Part shown: positions 1 through 9,700 of the stretch, piece after piece
Numbering within the stretch: position 1 is the stretch's first letter
Layout of the letters: the number at the start of each line of letters is the position of its first letter
Assembly (NCBI GenBank): GCA_965644315.1
Contig: CBFFRQ010000049.1
Coordinates: forward strand, 62,001 to 126,000
Reading direction: 5' to 3'
DNA: 64,000 bases
Origin: Caecitellus pseudoparvulus
Lineage: Eukaryota; Protista; Bigyra: Bicosoecida
Program-made: the position numbers and the translations under genes
The notes under the pieces: generated by a model
Databases searched by the model: none
What the model was told of the DNA's origin: nothing
Seen by the model: the letters and a program-made list of their open reading frames with translations, nothing else

Positions 1-1093
1 CGCGACGAACGCATCAACGTTTGCAGTGGAAATGCGGGAACTGGCTCACATTGAAGCCACTGCCACGAACAAATCTCTCGTGCTCATTGATGAGTTGGGA
101 AGAGGAACCGACCCCCTTGAGGGTGTGGCAATCGCATGGGCAGCGTGTGAAGCGCTGCTTGCACGGGCTTCTCCGGTGCTGTTCGTGACGCACTTCCATG
201 AGCTCACGGCGTTGGCGGAGCTGTATGAGGGAGCAACGCACATCGTCATGAACGCAGAGGCCGATGGCCAACGGGGGCTTCGCTTCTACTTCAGCGCCGT
301 TGCAGCAAGTGACGCCGCAGCGGTAAATGACTACGGTTTGCGGGCAGCTGCCATGGTCGGCTTCCCACCTGAACTCCTGGAGCTGGCGGAGACCATGAAG
401 GCACAGTTGCAGACGGACAGGTCGTGGGTGAATCGAATTCTCCCTGCGTCGAGCGCCGGTGCATCCAAAAGACCGGCCCTGGCGGATAAGGCCGCAGGAA
501 CGGCTGACGCGGGGCTGCACGCAGATACCGCAGACAGGAAACTAATCACGCACCTGGTCGAGAGCAGCGCATACGTGTCCTTGGATCAACTCGAGAAACA
601 GATTCTCGAGTGGGATGCGCAACATCTGGGGACTATCCCTCACGAAGTGCCTGCTGAGCCAGCACCCACCCCACCGCCGAATCCGAGGAAGCGCCAACGA
701 GCTGCCGCCACCCTCCCTACAAGCCCCAGTCACATCGAACGGCCAGTGCCAGACAAACGAAAGGCTGGTGAAGCCAACGCCGCTACGGGGATGAGCCTCG
801 CAGAGGTGCTCAGGGGTCCCACTCGCCATCCTGACTCTCCGAAGAGGCCACCGTCACGACCTAGCACTGGAAGAGTACAGGCAGCTAACAGCTTACTACA
901 AATGGGGATTCAAGTGAACACCGCCGCTGGAACTGGGCCACGCGCGCTGCAAGGCTGTGAACCCGCCCGGCACCAACATGCCTTGGGACCAGCAGCAGCT
1001 TCGCGCCCTCCATCAGCACAGACAGCGTGCACAGCAGCATCAGCTGCCGCCAGTTGTGGCAGCCTGCTTACTTCCTTGGGGGGCACAGCGTGA
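1..1093 (+). CDS. MSH4: MutS-family ATPase, C-terminal part (5' end outside window); most similar to meiotic MSH4
   Basis: Motifs NASTFAVEMRE, LVLIDELGRGT (Walker B), FVTHFHEL and YGLRAAAMVGFP (HTH). The xNxSTF..EMRE and AIAWAACEALL patterns favour MSH4 over MSH2/5/6. Low-complexity C-terminal tail; stop TGA at 1091-1093. Confidence 0.7.
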   Translation, partial: ATNASTFAVEMRELAHIEATATNKSLVLIDELGRGTDPLEGVAIAWAACEALLARASPVLFVTHFHELTALAELYEGATHIVMNAEADGQRGLRFYFSAVAASDAAAVNDYGLRAAAMVGFPPELLELAETMKAQLQTDRSWVNRILPASSAGASKRPALADKAAGTADAGLHADTADRKLITHLVESSAYVSLDQLEKQILEWDAQHLGTIPHEVPAEPAPTPPPNPRKRQRAAATLPTSPSHIERPVPDKRKAGEANAATGMSLAEVLRGPTRHPDSPKRPPSRPSTGRVQAANSLLQMGIQVNTAAGTGPRALQGCEPARHQHALGPAAASRPPSAQTACTAASAAASCGSLLTSLGGTA

Positions 1094-1264
1094 CACGGGC
1101 AATCTACCACAAGCTCGGCGTGGATTTCTGAGACGCGCATTTGCGCTCCCTCTTAAAAACACGAATTTACACCCAGCAACCTGCGCGGGTAGTTCGTGTA
1201 GCGCACGATCACTTCCAAGTTTTCACATCTGCTCTGACTTGCGCACGACGCAGCGGACTGCAAG

Positions 1265-4200
1265 ATGGCCACGGGTGAGCAGGGCTGGCGTTTCACACCT
1301 AACGCCAGACACACCAACGCCCTCCTTCCCTTCACCCCCAGGGCCACAAGGCGAGCGTGACTTCACGAAGGAGGCCGAAATCAGCGTTCCCTTCCGTGCT
1401 GTGCGTTGCATACGTGACGTGTGCCCTGCTTCCGGGGTCCTTTCACCATCCAACACCCTTGCGTTTCACAGCCGCTTGGCCACCCTGCGCCTGACTTGGG
1501 GGATGACACATACCAACATGAGCTGCTGTGCGTAGGCGGGTATGCTGCGAAACCTGGCGTTCAGGCTGAAATCCTCGTCCTCGCCTCTGCTCCAGAACCC
1601 TGCAAATCGACAATGAGCACCTGCGCAACTTGGTCGGGCGGCTGCAGAGCGAGCTGGGCAGGACGCAGACACTGCTGGGCAAGGACGCAGAGGCCCTGCA
1701 CCAAGGCGATGCAGGCGATGAGGAAGGTGGTGTAATGCCTAGTTGGGTGTTTGAGTCCGAGACCATGACGCCTCTCCTCGTCGCGTACGATCACCGGATC
1801 AAGGTGTGTCACCTCTGTGCCGCGCGTCGCACAGCGACCGTCTCCTCACCAGCGCTTTCTGCCCTGCCCAGGACTTGGAGAGCAACAACGTGCAGCATGG
1901 CAAGACCATTGACAATCTCAATGCGCGTGCACGTGCTCTCGCTGCTGAAAATGACGCCTTGCGCTCGGAGCTTGCCAAAGCAACGGCTGAAGGCGGAGCA
2001 GTTGGCGACCGAGTGGCGCTGGGCGTGGAGGGCGGCGACATGCAGGAGGTGCTGGAGCAGATGCAGGTTGTGCAGGGGGAAGCCGACCTCCTTCGCACTG
2101 AAGTGGAGACCCTGACAGCCGATGTGGCTCAGCTCCGCAGCGCCGTGGGCGAGCGGGACGAGACGTTGGCTGGCACCTCGGCTCAGCTGGCCGCGGCACA
2201 GCAGGCAGTGCAGGACCTCCAGGCGCGCCTGTCCACCACCATGGCGGAGAAAGCTGCAGCAGAAGACAAGCTGGGTGCCATGAGTAGGGCCTTGGCGGAG
2301 GCTCAGTCTGAGGCGTCCACAGCACGCACCAAGGCCGCCGGCCTGGTGTCGGAGCGCGACGACCTGCTCCGCACCTTGGACGACTACAAGGCCGCCCTTG
2401 CAGAGCTGAACGACCAGGCTGAAAGCGAGTCTGACGCGCTCACGGCCCGTGCACGTGCTGCTGGTGAGCGCTCCAAGGAGCTCGCGCGACGCCTCGCCGT
2501 GGCTGCTGGAGAGGCAGAGGCTGCTCGAGGGCAGCTGCGGGCCGCTGAGCGGGAGCTGGCTGATTCGCGAAAGGACTGCGAGAACATGCTGGCTGTGTTG
2601 AACTCTCTTGAGAAGCAGGTGGCTGAGGGGCGCGAGGGGGCGGAGCGCGTCGCGCGGCTGGAAGAGGAGGCCGTGGCAAAGGTGGAGGCAGCTGTGCTGG
2701 ACCGAGATGCCGCACAGGCCCGTGAAGCGCACGCACGGCGCGAAATCGCCCGCTTGCTTGAAAAGCGCCGCACAGAGCTGGCTGAGGCTGCAGACTCTGA
2801 GGAGGCAGCGGTGGCCGCTGTTCGAAGTCGGCTGACAAAGGCGCTGGAGGAACGGGAGCAGGAGGCGGCCAAACACGCGGCACGCGTATCTGAGCTGACT
2901 GCCGACTTGCAGCGCCTGGGCAGGGATCTGTCCTCATCGCAGGCAGAGTGTGGCCGTCTACAGCGAAACCTGCAGGCGGAGATGGACCGAGCAGCGGCTT
3001 TGGTGTCCGCCGCGCAGGCAGGCGAGCGGGAGGCTGCAGACGCAGCTGCAGCTGCGAAAGCGGAGGCCAGTCGGTCGAACTTTGCGCTGGAAGCCGAGCG
3101 GGCGGAGCGAACCCGTGCCATCGCCTCCCTGGAGGCTGAGCTGGCCACAGCACACAGCAGCAGTGAGGAGGCCCAGGCCGCCGCGACAGAGGCGCGAGAT
3201 GCTCTGCGCAAGCTGAAACAGGAACACGCAGATGTGACGACTGCCTTTGAGGCCTTCCAGCGCGACACGGCTGCCAACGCCGCTGCTGCAAGCAGGGAGT
3301 CCACAGCGGCGGCCAACAGTGCTGAGCGGGACATCAAGGTGTGGAGGGGGCGTGTGGAAGAGCTGCTGACAGAGGTGAAGCGGCTGGAACGGGCGGTCGA
3401 GGACGCCCGCGCAGACAAGGAACGGGCCATGGTGCGCATCCAGGCGGATGCTGTCACGGCCGTCACCCACGCAGACGAGCGCGTCACCGCCCTGCGTGAG
3501 GAGCGCAACAGCCTCAGCACCCGTGCCTCGAACTTGAATGCCCAGCTCGCTGTGGCCAACACGGAGCTGGCAGCGGCCTCTGCCGCGAGGAACGAGGCTG
3601 CCGCTGAAGCAGCACGCTTGCGAGAGGCCTTCGACTCCCTCGCAGCAGACGATGCAGACAAGGCTGGGCGTCTGGCGGCCATTGTTGTGCGGGAGCAGGC
3701 ACATGTGACGGAGCTGGCCGCCGTGCGGCAGGATGTGGCGGGGCTCACCGCGTCGCTGCGAGCTGCCGAGGCTCGTGCAGCCGCTGCAGAGGAGGGCGTT
3801 GCCGATGCGGCACGTGTGCACGATGCTCTGCTGGCTCATCTGGCCGCCTCAGGCGTGGATATTCCCCCAGATGCACTGGCTCTGAGTGCCACCCTGGCCA
3901 CCCTCCCTGGCGCTGCACACCCAGACAGGAGTTCGCAGGAGGTCCTGGCCACGCTTGGTTCCACTCCTTCGTATGGCGACTCGCAGCATGGCCAGTCCGC
4001 AGCTGTGGGCGCCTTTGGCGGGACCGGCGGCCCAGCCAGCGCCACACACAGTCATGCGGCAGCGCTCGAGGAAGAGGGTCGGCGGGTGTACGAGGAAGCC
4101 TTGGCAGCTGCAGGAGCGGATGCCAGTGGGGTAACCACCTCACATGCCGAGCCTGTGCATGTTACTTCCAGTACAGACACCCCCACTTCAGCCGACATAG

Positions 4201-4421
4201 CAGCGGACAAGCAAGCGGCCCCTAGCCACCGCTTTGGCCAGGCGCCATCAGGGCGTCTGGCGGACCGAGACGTCGGCCGGGGCCGCTTTGATTCCCCTGT
4301 TACTGAGCTGGACAGCCCCTTCACTGGTGGCGCCCCCACACCTGCTGGAGGCGCCGGTGAACGAGGCGGCTCAGGGGATGATGCCAGTGAGAGTTACTCT
4401 GGTGACGAGTTTGAGGGGTGA
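1265..4421 (+). CDS. Long coiled-coil centriolar distal-appendage protein, SCLT1-like (CEP89-like alternative); spliced
   Basis: Model: ATG 1265, introns 1275-1341, ~1401-1471, ~1529-1595, 1804-1871. Spliced N-terminus IDNEHLRNLVGRLQSEL..WVFESETMTPLLVAYDHRIKDLE..LAAENDALRSEL resembles my recollection of the SCLT1 N-terminus. About 600 aa of heptads follow. Confidence 0.65.
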
Positions 4422-4614
4422 TGCCGACTGTGCAATGCAATTGTTCGCGCAGCAGACAACTCTACATGTTGCCCACTCTGTGCTGCATCACATGCCCGTA
4501 ACTTCCTAGGCGTCCGTTCAAGTGTGCTGGCGCAGCTGCGACAGCACAGGCCGTCGTGGTGGGTGAACGTGCCTGCTCAAGTTCCGCAACCAACGGCACC
4601 TCAGCGCCTGCAAC

Positions 4615-6607
4615 ATGGAGATCTACGTCGCGTACACCAAGAAGCGGCACGAATTCGGGCACCACTGCCAGTTCTCTGACATGCCAGCTTCTGTCATGGA
4701 GTCGGTGCAGTCCACGTGCGTCGGGCAGCGCAGCAAGGCACCCACACTCCCTGCACCAGCACTGCTCTCCCCCCTCGCTCTCGCACACAGTTCCGAGTAT
4801 GAGCACAGCTACGTGCTGCGGAACCCAGCTGTGACAGAGCTGGACACAAACCCAACCATGGCGGTGCATGAAGTGCGTTTGGTCAGCGATGTGTGCAGGG
4901 CTGCCCCTGAGCACGCCGCTGAAACTGCGCACCTGCACGCCGCTCCCTCACTTGCCTTCCCGCGCAGGCGAACACGTTCAGAGTGCATTACAAGTCCCAA
5001 GGCATGCGTCACATGGAGGGAGGCTGGCCTGAGAACGTGGATTCCACTGAAGCAGACCAGGTGGAGCGTTTTCTCAAGAAAGCCAACAAGGTGCGACTCG
5101 GCATCGCGCCTGGCGTGGCTGTCACCCAGCCGCACCCTGCCCCTTCGCCGCTCTGCAGGACATGAAGCACCGCGCTACGACGGCAGCCCTGGCCAGCGTT
5201 GCAGAGTCTTGTGTCAAGCAAAACAACACGGTGGACATTTACCAGCAGTACTTCGCCGGGGACGCGGCCGATGCCACAGCAGAGCCGCCCGGAGCCAAGG
5301 GCCTCGCGGTCTTCCGAGACCCGAACGCTGTCAAGCGTGCCGCGACGAAGATCAACTGGCACCCCGATGGCGACAAGATCGCTGTGGCTTACTCCGTGCT
5401 CAACTTCCAAGACGAACGCATGATGCGGCAGCGCCTGCCAGCCAAGAGCTACATCTGGGATGTCAGCAACCCTAATGCCCCCGTGAAGGAGCTGGTGCCA
5501 GCGTCACCCCTCGTGTGCCTGCGGTTCAACCCCAAGTTTCAAGACATCCTCGTCGGCGGCTGTTACAACGGCCTCATCTCCATCTTCGACTTGAAGTCCA
5601 GGGGGGGCGCAGTCATCCAGCCAGCCACCCGCACCAGCGAAGTGGAGCACTCCCACCACGACCCAGTGTACGATGTGTTCTGGGTGCAGTCCAAGACACA
5701 CAAGGAGTTTGTCTCTGTGTCCACTGACGGGCGCATGCTCAAGTGGGACATGCGCAACTTTACGGAGCCCGTCGCAACGTACGATCTCAAGGATGCCGCT
5801 GGCGCAGAGCTTGGCGGGTGTGCCTTGGAGTATAACGTGGAGGGCGGCTCCACAAAGTTCTTGGTGGGCACTGAGCAAGGCATGGTGGTCAGCATCAACA
5901 CCAAGAAGAAGGGCGGGCAAATGGTGGCGGTGAAGGAGGCAGGCAGCGGCAAGCACCACGGGCCCATCTACAGCATCCAGCGCAACCCCACCCATGCTGG
6001 CAAGTACTTCCTCACAGTCGGGGACTGGTCTGCTCGCATTTGGTCAGACGACTCGGCGACGCCCATCCTGACCACCCCGTATGCACCGACGTACCTTACC
6101 TCAGGCTGCTGGTCGCCGACCCGTGCCGGAGTCTTTTTCACCACACGCATGGATGGTGTGCTGGATGTGTGGGACCTTTTCCACCGCCAGTCCGACGTCG
6201 CATACAGTCACAAGATTGGGGATGTGCCCCTCACATCTGTGGCGGTGCAGGGGGCCGGGCGCTTGGTGGCCGTGGGTGACGCCAATGGCACTGTCTCCTT
6301 GCTAGAGGTGTCTGAGTCGCTCACGACGCCCCAGGCAGATGAAAAGCTAGCCACGGCTGCGATGCTGGACCGTGAGACGGAGCGCGAGCGGAACCTGTTC
6401 AAGCGTGCGCAAGAACTGGAGAAGGCGCGCAGCAAGGCGAAGGCAACCGGCAGCAAGGGCGGAGACGGGGAGGATGCAGAGATGGAAGAGACACTGAGGC
6501 GCGTGGACGCTGAGTTCTTGGCCATGATCAAGGATGCAGAAGAGGAAGATGGCCGGGCAGCTGAAGCGGGCGCTGCTGCTGCAACTGCCACTGGTGCTGG
6601 AGTGTAG
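4615..6607 (+). CDS. DNAI2: Axonemal outer-arm dynein intermediate chain 2 (IC2/IC69/ODA6), WD40; spliced
   Basis: Motifs MEIYVAYTKKRHEFG, HMEGGWPENVD, CVKQNNTVDIYQQYF, SHHDPVY, FLTVGDW and WSPTR. Introns 4716-4790, 4873-4967, 5091-5158. Confidence 0.95.
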
Positions 6608-6708
6608 CTTTCCGTCCCATTGCCAAGCGCTGCTGTTGTCCCTAATGCACCTTTCCACAACAATCCAGCTCAAATGAATTGCTCAGCATTCTAAGGCGGG
6701 AAACGCCG

Positions 6709-9700
6709 CTACACGGTAGTACGTGGGCGAGGGCCCATGGGGTTTGCCCCAGCGAATGACTCCCCGTTCCGAACCTCCGCAGGGCCCGTTGCCACAATAC
6801 TGTGGAGGCCATCTGCGTCGCTGTTGTTAGCCTGCTCCAGACGTTGGATGTTGCTGCGTGCCCGGTGGCGGCGCCAAATGAATAATGCAACGATGCACAG
6901 GAAGACCAGCCCCAGCAGAGCAGCGCCGGAACCTAGGGAGGCGCCCTTTTCCTCCTCCGCTCCCTTGTCTCCATCTTCAGAGGTGCCTTCATCGCCCCTC
7001 CCTGGCGTGAAGACTGCCGTTGCAGGGGTATCGACAGTCTTGAAGCTTGCAGCAAACTGCCCTTGACGGGAGCACGTGCATGTTACTGTGCTGCTCGAGA
7101 TGGATGCGACACTGCAAGTGTCACTGGTCCACAGCCCAGTCGCTGGGACTGCTTCAAGGCACTGGGCGGTAAATGCTGAAACCTCGCACTGACCAGTCCA
7201 GCGTCCGCCAGCATGGCTTGGTGGGCAGGGCACTTCCTGCCTTCCGCTACACACAGATACGTTCGTCGACGAGCTGTTGCTGTGGGTTGGACAAGTAACG
7301 TTGAAGGTGTCGACAGCATCTCGGTTGGAAAGGAAATCCACATCCATGTACTGCCTTGAGCCCAAACCAGCATCGTGTGAAATGGGGATGGTCAGGTTGT
7401 GTGCAAGGGACGACGACAGCAGTGCATGCGAAGGCCCAGCGCTGAGAGCCACCTCCACAGCTGGCGTGACGAAAGACGGAGCCGCGTCTGAGACTGAGGA
7501 GTTAACACCACCCAAGACGACTGGCAGCGCTGGTACCAGTGCGCAAAACCCGGGCTTCTTCATGTATAGCACCTGAATACCGAGGGCGTCACCTGCGCAT
7601 GCCTGTGTGAAGGCGCGCGACTGCACGCGGGGCAAGACGGAGGCGGCTGTGACTCCTGACAGGTGCCCAGCTGAGCTACAGCCAAGCTGCTGCGCGATGT
7701 CAACACCCTGAGGTGAAGCTCCAATGAGATCTATCTCTCCCGTAGCTCCTGAGCAAGCAACGTTGGCTGAGAGCATGGCCAACGTGTGGCCAGCATCACA
7801 AGAAGCAAAGTCCCCTGCGGCCACCATGACGGGCTCTTCCCCAGCAAGGGAACCAGCGAGGGCCTGGGAATGCAAGGATGCCATGACATCTTGCACATCC
7901 CGAGCGAGCTTCGTCGAGGACCCATCTCGTCCACACGCAGCCGACAAGGCTCGAGCGACGCGGGCGGGCATGCTGGCCTGCGCCCTCAGTGCCCGTGCGG
8001 TGGAACCTCCTTCCCTCGCTGCCAGCTCATCTTGCGCGTTCAGCAAGTTTACAAGCACCTTTGCCTTGCCTGAAAGCCCTTGGTTCAGACCAGCTGTCGT
8101 ACTCTGCAGTGCTCGGGCCCGCGAAGCGCTGGTGCCCGTCAGCGTGCGGAGCATGGAAACAGAAGTCTGCACCATGACGTCTGACACTTCCTGTGGAGCA
8201 GCAGTCAAGGCGTTCATCGAGTCTACGAGTGCACCTTGAGCGGAATCATCTAATTGGCCGCCACTCAGCACAGATGATGCGCTTCCGAGCAATGCCTGGC
8301 GTGCTGCTTGGCGAGATGACCGGCTGGCCTGCGTGTCTGAGCCTGCGTCAGAGCCGGCCTGAGCAGAATTCGCGTTCAGCAGTCCCCCAAGAGAGCTCAG
8401 CACTGCCAAGGCCTGGGGTGCCTCTCCAGCGGCGACTGCCTGAGCCGCGACGCTGGATGCGGAGTTCACGAAGCTCACCACCGCTGCAGCACTGCTGCCT
8501 GTGCTGAGGGCTGGCCGCGACGTCAGCTTCGTGAACGCTGCGCTGCTTGAGCCCAGCCTATCCATAACCCGGACCAAGACAGTGACCAGGTTGTTGGCTG
8601 ATGTGCTCGCAGGAAACGTGAAGGACGCTTGGTTTGTCTCGCTCACACTGCTAACTGGGGTTCCGAAGGCAGCGCCTGCCAGCTGGTCAGGCGTCGGATC
8701 TGCCCCAGCCACATCAATGAAGAACTGATAGACAAGAGGCCCATCACCCGCATCATCTTCCCATGAAGGGGCTGTCACGGTGGTGCGGTCAGAAACTGCC
8801 GTACCAGAAGCAGGTGAAGCCTGCACGGTGCCCCCGAAAGGCGCGGCGTTCGCGAGCACGCGCAAGACCGCTGACGCAACCAATGCCGGGTTGCTTGGGT
8901 GGTGCGCAGACACTCGAAACGTGTAGGTCACACCTGGAACCAATGACCGAGGGCGCAACGCAACAGCTGCTTGGCTCGCGGGCGTGGAGAAAGCTGCACC
9001 AGAAACTTTTCCGTCAGCTTCCTGCCAGCTGTAGCTGAGTCCTGCATCTGAGGATTGGCTGAGCAGGCGCAGACTCTTCGATGGGTCCACTTTGAAGACG
9101 ATTCCTGCATCGCTCAGAGTTGCCTCAGCATTTGGAGGAGGAGGCACACTCAGGTCAGGCAAGGCCCCTTCTGCAACTTGCACCGTGGTTTTCGTGGATG
9201 CGCTGATCCCATCAGAGGTGAAGACTACACTGAACACGAGGTCTTTGCGGGCGAAAGGAGTCAAGAGGCTCACAGGGATCGAGACGGTTGCACTGTCCGC
9301 GCTCCCCAGCAAGGCTGACGTGCACGAGTCTCCCGAGTCTGCCACTGTGCACGCCCACGCGAACGTCTGCACAACACTCTGTTTCAGCCCTTGCCCAAGA
9401 TCATCGTTGTTGGGGTCTTTGCTCAAGGCAGCAGAGAGCTCCAGAGCCCCCACTTGAAGCCCGATGGTGCGGTCGCCTCCGACAATGATTGGCTCCACGT
9501 TCTGACGCTGCACGTTGACCGTGATGTTCGCGGTCTTGACCGCAGCGGCATCACCCACGACAGACGCTGACGCAGAGAACACGTACGGCCCTTGGCCAAC
9601 GAGCATAACCCCAGGAGGCAACGCAATCTTGTTTGATCGCTGCCTTTGAATGAAGGTACTGACATCAGACGGGCCACTCACAGCCTCGATGCTGTAGTCC

